This document shows positions 9,822-18,514 of a DNA stretch of 64,000 nucleotides, piece by piece. How positions within the stretch are numbered: position 1 is the stretch's first letter; every line of letters starts with the position of its first letter. The DNA is taken from contig OZ220089.1 in NCBI GenBank assembly GCA_964291625.2, forward strand, positions 3,264,001 to 3,328,000, given 5' to 3'. The DNA comes from Candidatus Latescibacterota bacterium. Lineage in GTDB: Bacteria; Latescibacterota; UBA2968; UBA8231. A program made the position numbers and the translations under genes. Under the pieces are notes generated by a model that had not been told where the DNA came from, made no database searches, and saw nothing but the letters and a program-made list of their open reading frames with translations.

Positions 9822-10945
9822 TTCCCCGGGTGAACCACCCGGAAGGAGCTGTCCGGGTAAGCCTTGCGCCAACCGCCGGGCGCGCGGACCCCGGCCCGGC
9901 CGGACCACTTCATCTCCGCCGCCTCGAGGCGCCCGCCCCACTCCTCGACGAGGTCGATCTCCTGCTGATCGTAGGTGCGCCAGAAGCGGCTCTCCACCAG
10001 TCGGCCCGTGTAGAGGTTGTGCTTCATCCGCTCCACGACGACGTAGTTCTCCCACAGGGCGCCCGTGTCCTGCCGCAGGGACAGGGGGTTGAAGTTGTTG
10101 ATCAGGCCGTTTCGCAGGCCGTTGTCGTAGAAGTAGTAGCGCCGGCTCTTGGTGACCTCCTTGCGGAGATTGCGGCTGAAGCCTTGCCGGCTGTAGACGA
10201 CATAGGCTTTCTCCAGCAGGTCGAGGTAGCGATCGACGGTGTTCCGGGTCATGCCGAGGTGGGTCCCCAGTTCCGCCACCGAAACCTCCCGGCCGATCTG
10301 GAAGGCGAGCAGCTGCAGCAGGCGCTGCAGCTTGTCGGCATGCCGTACGCCCTCCAGCTGCAGGATGTCTTTCAGGAGATAGGAGGCGATCAGCTCCTTG
10401 ATGTAGAGCTCGCGATCCTCGTTCGAATCCATGAGAACGACCTCGGGATAGGATCCGTAGATCAGCCGCAGCTCGAGCTGGGCCTTTGTCTCATGGGCTT
10501 CCTCCACTTCCTGGAGCTCCATCTGCGCGAGGGGGAGGAGCAGCAGCGTGTACTTGCGGCCCGTCAGGGGCTCGCCCGTCTGTTGGGCGAGGTCGAAGGA
10601 CGACGAGCCCGTGGCGATGATGCGGAGATCCTCCACGTGATCGGCCAGCAGCTTGAGGTTCAACCCGATATTCCGCACGTACTGGGCCTCGTCCACGATC
10701 AGTGTGCGCCGCCGCCCGACGAGAGCCTTCAGCCTGGACAGGGACTGGCTCTCCAGGTACTCGCGCACCGAGATGTCCTCGCCGGTCACCACCAGGGCCT
10801 CCCGGTCGTACTCTTGGGCATAGCGCCGGATGAGGGTGGTCTTCCCGACCCTCCTGGGGCCGTACACCACCACGACCTTGCCGGGAGCGACCAGACCCGT
10901 GAGGCGTGCCATCTGGGCCTGGGGGATGTAGGAATAATCACCCAT
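9797..10945 (-). CDS. AAA_14 ATPase with DUF4143 (wHTH plus PD-(D/E)xK-like) C-terminus
   Basis: GPRRVGKTT, IVDEAQ, ATGSSS, EPLTGR, YFYDNG, GALWEN, EIDLVEE..AAEMKW. Confidence 0.9.
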   Translation of the reverse strand: MGDYSYIPQAQMARLTGLVAPGKVVVVYGPRRVGKTTLIRRYAQEYDREALVVTGEDISVREYLESQSLSRLKALVGRRRTLIVDEAQYVRNIGLNLKLLADHVEDLRIIATGSSSFDLAQQTGEPLTGRKYTLLLLPLAQMELQEVEEAHETKAQLELRLIYGSYPEVVLMDSNEDRELYIKELIASYLLKDILQLEGVRHADKLQRLLQLLAFQIGREVSVAELGTHLGMTRNTVDRYLDLLEKAYVVYSRQGFSRNLRKEVTKSRRYYFYDNGLRNGLINNFNPLSLRQDTGALWENYVVVERMKHNLYTGRLVESRFWRTYDQQEIDLVEEWGGRLEAAEMKWSGRAGVRAPGGWRKAYPDSSFRVVHPGNYLDFITG

Positions 10946-10954
10946 AAACTGAAC

Positions 10955-10983
10955 GAATTAACGTTAATGTTGTCATTTGTCAA
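10955..10983 (-). promoter_or_regulatory. Putative promoter with palindromic operator
   Basis: TTGACA-17 nt-TAATTC on the minus strand; palindrome ATTAACGTTAAT at 10957-10968. Confidence 0.5.
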
Positions 10984-11004
10984 TCCGAAATCTCCGAGGA
11001 CTCC

Positions 11005-11799
11005 ATGACCGATGTCACCCTGAGCGCCGACCAGATCCGCCGGTTCGAGGAGGACGGCTACCTCATCCTCGAGGACCAGCTCGATCCGGACCTCGTCGCG
11101 CGGGTCCTGCGGATCGCGCGCCGGGACCCGAAGCTGTCCGCCGACGCCAAGGGCAACCAGAACTACGAGGACGAGGGGCTCGATACCCGCCTGGCCTACC
11201 GTCCCGCCCTCGGCGACGATGCCTACAGCGCCCTGGCGCAGAGCCGCCGAATCATCGGGCCCCTGGAGCAGTTGTGGGGCGATCGCGTGCGCTACTACTA
11301 TCAGCTTCAGATGCTGAAGGACCCCCGGACGGGGGGATGGCAGTATCACCAGGACTACGGCTACCACTACCAGCAGTTCCTCTTCCCCGCCTTCGCCAGC
11401 GTCATGGTCGCCCTCGATCCGGCCACCCGCGCCAACGGCTGCCTCAAGGTGGTGCGCGGCTCCAACCGCCTGGGCCGGCTCGAGCACCAGTCCTCCGGCT
11501 CCCAGCTGATCACCGATCCCGGCCGCCTGGAGCTGGCCCTGCGGGAGCTGGAGGAGGTCCACTGCGAGCTGCAGCCGGGAGCGGTCCTCTACTTCCACGG
11601 CAACACCCTCCACGCCTCGGACCCCAACCTCAGCGAGCAGCCGCGCTGGTCGCTCATCTACGCGTACGTGGCCGCCTCCAACCCCTACGTCCTGCCCGAC
11701 TGGCCCGAGGACCAGTGCCCCCTCGTGGAGGTGTGGGAGGATGCCGAGGTCGAAGGCGCGGTGCGGGGCCACGAGGAGGCGCTGGGCCGACTCCCGTGA
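11005..11799 (+). CDS. PhyH/EctD-like Fe(II)/2-oxoglutarate dioxygenase
   Basis: F.EDGYL, HQD iron motif, NGCLKVVRGS, FHGNTLHAS..N.S..PR. Confidence 0.9.
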   Translation: MTDVTLSADQIRRFEEDGYLILEDQLDPDLVARVLRIARRDPKLSADAKGNQNYEDEGLDTRLAYRPALGDDAYSALAQSRRIIGPLEQLWGDRVRYYYQLQMLKDPRTGGWQYHQDYGYHYQQFLFPAFASVMVALDPATRANGCLKVVRGSNRLGRLEHQSSGSQLITDPGRLELALRELEEVHCELQPGAVLYFHGNTLHASDPNLSEQPRWSLIYAYVAASNPYVLPDWPEDQCPLVEVWEDAEVEGAVRGHEEALGRLP

Positions 11800-12683
11800 C
11801 GCGGCTCCAGCTCCTGTGCACGGGCACGCCCACGCCCCTGGCCCACCGCGGCGGCTCCAGCTACCTCGTCCGCGCGGGCGGGGAGACCCTGGTCTTCGAC
11901 TGCGGCCCGGCCTCGGTGCGGCGCATGCTCGAGGCCGGCGTCGAGCTGCCCTCGATCGACCACCTCTTCCTGACGCACCTGCACTACGACCACTGCGTCG
12001 ACTACGCCTACCTCGTGCTCACCCGCTGGGACCAGGGCGTCGGCCGGATCCCGGAGCTGCGCGTCTACGGCCCGCCGCCGACGGCGCACATGTCGCGGCG
12101 GCTGCTGGCCCCCGACGGCGCCTTCGGGCCGGACCTGGAGGCGCGCACCGTGCACCCGGGCAGCCACTTCGTGTACGAGGCCCGGGGCGGGGTCATGCCC
12201 CGGCGCAGGCCCGATCCCCAGGTGCGGGAGGTGGCCCACGGCGACCGCGTCGAGACCGCCGGCTGGCAGGTCGACGTGGCCGAGGTGGTCCACGTGCAGC
12301 CCCAGCTCACCTGCCTCGCCTACCGTCTGACCACGCCCGGCGGCACGATCGTCTTCGGCGGGGACACGGCGCCGGTGGAGAGCCTCACGGAGTTGGCTCG
12401 CGGCGCCGACGTGCTTCTGCACATGTGCCACTTCATCAACGGCGCCGAGGACGACGAGCGGATCACCGCCTGCTGCTCCGGACATCTCGACGCGGCGGCC
12501 ACGGCGAGGGACGCCGGCGTGAAGACGCTGGTCCTCGTCCACCTGACGGAGCAGCTGGAGACGCCCGGCGTGCAGGAGCGCGTTCTGCAAGAGGTGGGGG
12601 AGGTCTTCGGCGGCCAGGTGATCCTCGGGCAGGACCTGCTCGAGGTGCCTCTCGGGACGATCGCACCGGAAGCGTTGCGGTGA
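11796..12683 (+). CDS. MBL-fold metallo-hydrolase (RNase Z/AtsA-like)
   Basis: CTGTP, FDCGP, THLHYDH, GGDT, ARGADVLLH, LVLVHL; GTGA coupling. Confidence 0.85.
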   Translation: MTRLQLLCTGTPTPLAHRGGSSYLVRAGGETLVFDCGPASVRRMLEAGVELPSIDHLFLTHLHYDHCVDYAYLVLTRWDQGVGRIPELRVYGPPPTAHMSRRLLAPDGAFGPDLEARTVHPGSHFVYEARGGVMPRRRPDPQVREVAHGDRVETAGWQVDVAEVVHVQPQLTCLAYRLTTPGGTIVFGGDTAPVESLTELARGADVLLHMCHFINGAEDDERITACCSGHLDAAATARDAGVKTLVLVHLTEQLETPGVQERVLQEVGEVFGGQVILGQDLLEVPLGTIAPEALR

Positions 12684-14269
12684 GCCCGCGCCCGCCCCCG
12701 CCCGACTACGGGATCATCCTCAACAACGACGGCGGCTACCTGAAGAACGCCGAGGTCCCCATCTCCGTGGAGGACCTGCTGGAGCGGATCTACGGACCCC
12801 TGGAGGGGACCCAGGTCGGCGCCCTGTCGTGGTGCGTGGGGGTCGAGGAGGCCCACTGGCCCTCGGAGCGGCTGTCCATGGTCGGCGAGGCCGAGGGCCG
12901 CCGCTACTTCTCGGTGAGCGACATGCGCCGGGCCGAGAGCCTGCGGGCGATGTTCGACGCCGGCGTCGATCTCTACGGCGCCATGGTGCGCCGCGGCCAC
13001 GAGTTGGGGCTCGGGGTGTATGCCTCGATCCGCATGAACGACAACCACTTCTGGTCCGACAAGGCCCGCCGCGCCCCGCCGCTGAAGCCCGAAGAGATGG
13101 CGGCCATCGACAGGCCCCATCTCACCGCCTTCCGCAAGAGCCACCCGGAGTGGGTCCTCGGCGCCGGCGCCCCGGCCTGGGCGGCCACGTCGTGGAACAT
13201 GGCCGTGCCCGAGGTCCGCGAGTACACCCTGCAGCGCATCGCCGAGGCCTGCGAGCTGGCGGACTGGGACGGCGTCGAGATCGACTGGGAGCGCCACGCC
13301 TTCCACCTGCCCGAGGAGGACGCCTGGCGACTGCGCCACACCCTCACCGACCTGCACCGCGAGGTCCGCCGCATCGGGGACGGGATCGCCGAAAGCCGCG
13401 GGCGGCCGTTCTTCGTGATCGTCCGCGCCGGCGCCTCCCGGGAGACGAACCGCCGCGTCGGCTACGACCTGGAGGCCTGGATCCAGGAAGGCCTGTGCGA
13501 CATCGTCGTCACCGGGGCCAACTCGGGGACCGATCCCGGCGTGGAGGTGGAGGCCTACCTGGAGATGATGCGCGGCACCGGGACACGGCTCTATCCCGGG
13601 TTCGACAGCCACGGCGAGTGGGGCCAGGGGCACCTGCTGCCGGCCGGCCGCTGGCGGGAGGCCTGGTTCCGCGGCCTGGCCGCCGGCTTCTACGAGCGCG
13701 GCGCCTCGGGGGTGCACCTGTTCAACTGGCACAGCCACGTGCTCAGGGTGAGGCCGCTGCTGCAGAGCCTCGGCGCGCCCGATACCCTGCGGCGCCGAGA
13801 CAAGGTCTACGCCGCCGTGAAGCGCCACATCCGCGACCGCGGCGAGCTGCGCTACGGCGCCGAGCGCGACGACCGGCTGGCCGGCGAGGTGCCCGTCGAC
13901 CTGCGGCCCTCGCCGGAGGGCGGAGGGCCGCGGTTCCACGTCGGGGTCTACGAGGACCTGTCCGGGGACGCGGCCCTGGAGCTGCAGGTCGACCTGGACC
14001 ACCTGGCTCCCCTGGACCGGGTCTTCGTGGAGCTGGACGGGCAGCGGCTGGGGGAGCCGGAGCGCCGCAGTCCGGCGGCCGGGGACGCGACGAATCCTGC
14101 GGACGTGTCGGAGAACACGTGGCTCGTCTGGCCGCTGGAGCCGTCCCGGGTGCGGAAGGGGGTCCACGTCGTGGGCATCGACCTCCTCGAGCGGGACCCG
14201 CGCCTGCGGCCGCCCGTGGTGGTGCAGAACGTGGAGATCCACGTCCGCTATCCCGGGGAGGCTGGATGA
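12680..14269 (+). CDS. Glycoside-hydrolase-like TIM-barrel protein (GHL10-like)
   Basis: ILNNDGG, SIRMNDNH, PEVR, DGVEIDWERH, GVHLFNW. Confidence 0.6.
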   Translation: MSPRPPPPDYGIILNNDGGYLKNAEVPISVEDLLERIYGPLEGTQVGALSWCVGVEEAHWPSERLSMVGEAEGRRYFSVSDMRRAESLRAMFDAGVDLYGAMVRRGHELGLGVYASIRMNDNHFWSDKARRAPPLKPEEMAAIDRPHLTAFRKSHPEWVLGAGAPAWAATSWNMAVPEVREYTLQRIAEACELADWDGVEIDWERHAFHLPEEDAWRLRHTLTDLHREVRRIGDGIAESRGRPFFVIVRAGASRETNRRVGYDLEAWIQEGLCDIVVTGANSGTDPGVEVEAYLEMMRGTGTRLYPGFDSHGEWGQGHLLPAGRWREAWFRGLAAGFYERGASGVHLFNWHSHVLRVRPLLQSLGAPDTLRRRDKVYAAVKRHIRDRGELRYGAERDDRLAGEVPVDLRPSPEGGGPRFHVGVYEDLSGDAALELQVDLDHLAPLDRVFVELDGQRLGEPERRSPAAGDATNPADVSENTWLVWPLEPSRVRKGVHVVGIDLLERDPRLRPPVVVQNVEIHVRYPGEAG

Positions 14270-17247
14270 GCCGCCCCCGGGCGGCGCTCCTCGCCCTGCT
14301 GCTGGCCGAGGCCCTCGGCGCCGAGCCCCGACTGCTGGAGGTCGCCCCGGGAGGGGACCGCTGGCGGACCGCCACCGCGGGACCCTACGACGTCGTCCTC
14401 GACATCCGCGACCTCTACCAGATCAACGCCCACTGGGAGATCAGCCGCGCCGGCAACCACGGCTCCCTGTCGACCACGGTGACCCTGCCTTCCGACTGGG
14501 TGCGGCCCTGGCGGCTGCGGTTCTTCCAGGCCGACGACTACCAGGCCTGGGGCATCGACCGCTCGCAGGCGGCGGACTGGTACGCCGAGACCGGCTTCGT
14601 CGGCCACCGCTTCAAGCAGGTCCTCGTCGACGGGCGGCTGGTGTGGGAGAAGGACGTGGCCGACACCGGCACCGGCCAGTACGAGGAGGTCGACCTCAGC
14701 TGGGTCGTGCGCCCCGGCCAGAGCTTCGAGCTCACCTTCCGCGTCTTCGACCGGGTGGCGAGCGACGAGGAGCTGGAGGGGGACTACTTCCGGATCCGCT
14801 CCGAGGCCTTCCGGCCCCAGGACAACCCGGCGTGGTACGAGCCGACCACCTACAAGCGCTTCGAGACGCGCACCTACTGGGGCGACGTGGTCCTCCACGA
14901 CGCGGCGGCGGCGGACTCGGCGGTGGCCGCGGCGGCGGCCTACGACTGGCTGGAAGGCGCCCGGCCCCAGGGGGCGTGGGAGCGGGGACGGCGCGGGACC
15001 CCGGCGGAGGGACCGATCGGGCTGACCCTGGAGACGGACGCGCCGGCGCCCCTGCCGGAGGCGGGCTACCCGGTGCGCTCGGGCGTGCCCTTCGCCCGGG
15101 GCATGCTACCGCCGGGGCGGCCGGTGGCCCTGCGCGACCCCGGCGGCGCCGTGGTGCCGCTGCAGACGACGGTGCTGAGCCGCTGGCCGGACGGCTCCAC
15201 GAGATGGCTCCTGCTGGACTTCGTCGCCGGCCCGGGGAGCGACGGCGGCCGCTACAGTCTCCACTGGCAGGACGTCGAGGCGGGTCCGCCGCCTGCGCCG
15301 CCGATGCACCGGCGGACGGCGGAGGGCCTCGTCGTCGACGGCGGGCCCCTGCGGTTCACGGTGCCGGAGGCCCCGGGGCCGGACCTGCTGGCGGACGTGG
15401 CGCTGGACGGCAGGGTGGTGGTCTCCAGCCTGGTCGGCGCCCTGGAGGCGCGGGTCCAGGACGCCGACGAGGCCGAGCCCCCCGGCCCGAGCCGGCGCTA
15501 CGTGGCCGGCCGCGACCGCTACGTGGTGGAGGCGGCGGGGCCGGTGCGCACCACCGTGCGCCTCCACGGGCACCTCGTCGACGCCGCCGGCGATACCCTG
15601 GGGGCCGTGATCACCCGGGCCAGCGTCTGGGCGGGGCTGCCGTACCTGCATCTGACGTACCGCGTCTTCAACGGCTCCGACCGCCACCGGCGGCTCGATC
15701 TGTCGCGGCTGTCGCTCCGGGCTCCCGGCGGATCTCCGCGATGGGAGGGGCTGCCGGAGGTGCGCTGCCTGGAGGCGGACGGCCGGAGCCCGGGGCCCGA
15801 CGGCCTGCTGAGCCGGGACGGCTTCGGCGTCGGCGTGCGCTGGTTCTGGCAGCAGTTCCCCAAGGCGATCCTCCCCGGGACGGACCGCCTCGACATCGAC
15901 CTCTACCACCCGGCCGACCCCGCCAGCGTCCACAACTGGTTCGCCGCCGGCGAGGCGAAGCGCCACGAGGTGCTGCTGACCTTCGCCGCCGACGCCGGGC
16001 AGAGCCGGCGGGCCCTGGAGGCCTTCCAGCATCCGCCGCGGCTCTTCGACGCCCCCTGGCACCGCCGCAGCGGCGGCTGGGGCCCGGCGGGCGGACACGG
16101 CCCGGCGGCCTTCCCGGAGCTGCACGAGGCGATGGAGAAGTACGGCGCCACCCTCGAGGGCCGCTGGTCCTGGGGGAACGAGTACGGGATCCGCAACTTC
16201 GGCGACAGCCGCTACGGCGACGGCTGGTACAACAACTACTACGACATGGCCCACACCCTGCTGGGCGAGTACCTCCTCGGCGGCTCGGCCGCCTTCTACC
16301 GGCTGGGCGAGGCGATGGTCCTGCACCTGATGGACGTGGACGTGGTCCACGACCACGCCGCCGACGAGCCGATCGCCGGGCCGGCGGCCCCGGCCATGTG
16401 GGCGGCGAGGCCGCAGCTGCCGTCGGGTCCGCCCCGCCGCCGCTCCACGGGGGCCGTGCGCGCCTTCGGCTCCAGCCGGCACCACAACCTGACGCCGGTG
16501 GTCGACTACAAGGGGCTGTCGCCGAAGGCCTACCTGCGTCTCTACCACCTGACGGGCGACCTGGACGCCCTCGAGACGGCCCTGGCCGTCGGCGACTACG
16601 TGGCCCGCAGCGCCAGCGGCCTCGGCGGCCGCTCCTCGCGGGCCCAGGCCTTCCCCCTGGCGGCGCTGATGGCGGTCTACGAGGAGACCTTCGACGAGCG
16701 GCTGCTGCAGGCGGCGCGGCGGCTCTTCGAGGACGCCCTGAGCTTCGGGCCGCGGCGGGGCGCCTACGTGGAACCGATGATGAGCTTCGAGTACATGTCC
16801 AACGGCGGCGGCATGGTCACCCACCTGACGGAGGGCATGATGCTCTACTGGGCCGCCAGCGGCGACCGCCGGGCGGCGGCGGCGATCGTCGCCCTGGCCT
16901 CCTCCGTCCTCGCCGAGAACACGGGCGGTCCCGAATCCCTGCCCTGCTACTGGGAGCGCGGTCCGGGGGGCCTGCGGCTGCTGCCCGAAGGACAGGGGGA
17001 CCGCGGGCAACCGGGCGTCACCCACTACTCCGGGAACCCGCTGCAGAAGAACTGGGCGCCCGAGTACGTCCACCAGGTCTGCCAGGGGTTCGCCTACGCC
17101 TACGACCTCACCGGTGATCCACGCTTTCTCGAGGCGGCGCGGGGCGGCTACGAGGCGGCGGCCCGGGCGGGGCTGCTGAACGCGATGTACGTCTACTGGG
17201 CCGCGCCGGTGCTGCTGTTCTACCTCGACGCCTTCGCCGGCCACTGA
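14266..17247 (+). CDS. Large secreted RIFT-barrel / exo-rhamnogalacturonan-lyase (YetA)-like protein
   Basis: Signal peptide; PVRSGVPF..G, WPDGSTRWLLLDF, FWQQFPKA, YGIRNFGD, WYNNYYD, H.MDVD. Confidence 0.65.
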   Translation: MSRPRAALLALLLAEALGAEPRLLEVAPGGDRWRTATAGPYDVVLDIRDLYQINAHWEISRAGNHGSLSTTVTLPSDWVRPWRLRFFQADDYQAWGIDRSQAADWYAETGFVGHRFKQVLVDGRLVWEKDVADTGTGQYEEVDLSWVVRPGQSFELTFRVFDRVASDEELEGDYFRIRSEAFRPQDNPAWYEPTTYKRFETRTYWGDVVLHDAAAADSAVAAAAAYDWLEGARPQGAWERGRRGTPAEGPIGLTLETDAPAPLPEAGYPVRSGVPFARGMLPPGRPVALRDPGGAVVPLQTTVLSRWPDGSTRWLLLDFVAGPGSDGGRYSLHWQDVEAGPPPAPPMHRRTAEGLVVDGGPLRFTVPEAPGPDLLADVALDGRVVVSSLVGALEARVQDADEAEPPGPSRRYVAGRDRYVVEAAGPVRTTVRLHGHLVDAAGDTLGAVITRASVWAGLPYLHLTYRVFNGSDRHRRLDLSRLSLRAPGGSPRWEGLPEVRCLEADGRSPGPDGLLSRDGFGVGVRWFWQQFPKAILPGTDRLDIDLYHPADPASVHNWFAAGEAKRHEVLLTFAADAGQSRRALEAFQHPPRLFDAPWHRRSGGWGPAGGHGPAAFPELHEAMEKYGATLEGRWSWGNEYGIRNFGDSRYGDGWYNNYYDMAHTLLGEYLLGGSAAFYRLGEAMVLHLMDVDVVHDHAADEPIAGPAAPAMWAARPQLPSGPPRRRSTGAVRAFGSSRHHNLTPVVDYKGLSPKAYLRLYHLTGDLDALETALAVGDYVARSASGLGGRSSRAQAFPLAALMAVYEETFDERLLQAARRLFEDALSFGPRRGAYVEPMMSFEYMSNGGGMVTHLTEGMMLYWAASGDRRAAAAIVALASSVLAENTGGPESLPCYWERGPGGLRLLPEGQGDRGQPGVTHYSGNPLQKNWAPEYVHQVCQGFAYAYDLTGDPRFLEAARGGYEAAARAGLLNAMYVYWAAPVLLFYLDAFAGH

Positions 17248-17293
17248 GGTCACTGTACATACAGGAGGATGTGCTCTCCTGAGGGGAAGAGCT

Positions 17294-18304
17294 CTACTTG
17301 GGAGCTCTAATCCTATGACGGATAGTCCTCTCCTCAGTTCCAAACGACATGGCAAGTCCTCCATCAAATCGGAGCCAAGCTTGAGCTGATGAAAACACAT
17401 CGTCCGGTACTTCCAAGCATAACACGGGAGAAGGAGAGCCCTTCTGAGCAAGCTGGTTGTACAGATACATGGCCGTCTGAAAGACTATCAAATGACTGTA
17501 TCGTATACCACACGTTCTCAGATGGCCCAAGATGTGAATCTCAGAGTCCTTCACGACCCTGAACCTAGCAGTATCCTCCTGTCCCTCAACGAGCATAAGC
17601 CGTTCCACAGGAGGAGAGTGGGCTCCCTCCACGTTAACCATCACTCTTATCACATCCCTCAGAGTAATCCCTCGCCCATCAAAGACCACAAGCTGCTGAC
17701 CAAGCCATGATTCACAGTCAAGACTCTCTGGAGAATGAGAGTCAAACAGCTCCTCTGGCCTTACCTCGAACATCGGCTGAGTGCCCCAACTCACCATGCC
17801 GGGCAACGGCCACTCTACATGAAAGTTGAGGCTTTGAGGAGCTATGGGAAGAATATGCTCCACTTCCGGATCTCCTGTCTCATCATTCAGTTTGGTAGCG
17901 TGCATCCGACCGCCCTTGACAGTAAAAGGAGTAAGCGAGAGATGCACTCGTTCCCCTGAAACCTGGCGAATTCTGCCGAACTTCAATCCCTCCTTACAGC
18001 AGACTTCTCCATCGAGCAGCCTCTGGGTATGTCTGTCTCCCAAAACCATCTTGCGCAAGAAAAGGGAACAATGCCTAGCAAGGCTCGCCGTTAGGTCAGC
18101 AATCAGACCAGAGGTCATCTCTATCCTACGTCCTTCAGCAGGCAGAGTACCACCACTGACCATTGAACCGGTCCCTTCGAATACCAATCGAAGGTCCATC
18201 ATCGCCTCACGAATCCGTTCCTCCCTAGTCCTGCGACCGACCATCACAGGACTGCCGGTCATCGGAACGAATTCTATTCTCTCAATGGACTCATCTTCGA
18301 TCAT
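17294..18304 (-). CDS. Low-GC hypothetical protein
   Basis: 336-aa ORF with GGAGAG RBS; composition visibly more AT-rich than the flanks; WL.QQLV...TLRDVIR.MVNVEGAH motif. Confidence 0.7.
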   Translation of the reverse strand: MIEDESIERIEFVPMTGSPVMVGRRTREERIREAMMDLRLVFEGTGSMVSGGTLPAEGRRIEMTSGLIADLTASLARHCSLFLRKMVLGDRHTQRLLDGEVCCKEGLKFGRIRQVSGERVHLSLTPFTVKGGRMHATKLNDETGDPEVEHILPIAPQSLNFHVEWPLPGMVSWGTQPMFEVRPEELFDSHSPESLDCESWLGQQLVVFDGRGITLRDVIRVMVNVEGAHSPPVERLMLVEGQEDTARFRVVKDSEIHILGHLRTCGIRYSHLIVFQTAMYLYNQLAQKGSPSPVLCLEVPDDVFSSAQAWLRFDGGLAMSFGTEERTIRHRIRAPK

Positions 18305-18514
18305 TGCGAACCACTCTCCGACTTTCGCACCACCCAAGTGGGGCGGATCAGGCTTGGACTTTGGGAAATCGACAGGGCTGTAACCTGGGGATGTGGAATC
18401 CAGGGAGGGAGCATCCTAGATCATCGGCAACGGAACAGTTGGCTTCCGGAGCGATTCTCCGGGAGAGCAGAAGGGTCGCGGGCTCGGAGTGTCCAATAAT
18501 GTGTCATATCGCCG

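Noticed and set aside
12829-17247. Apparent giant ORFs or fusions from the ORF track (also 18515-22690, 28151-31570 and 46848-50120)
   Set aside because: The N-terminal parts are off-frame read-through of neighbouring genes. True starts were re-called at coupled start codons.
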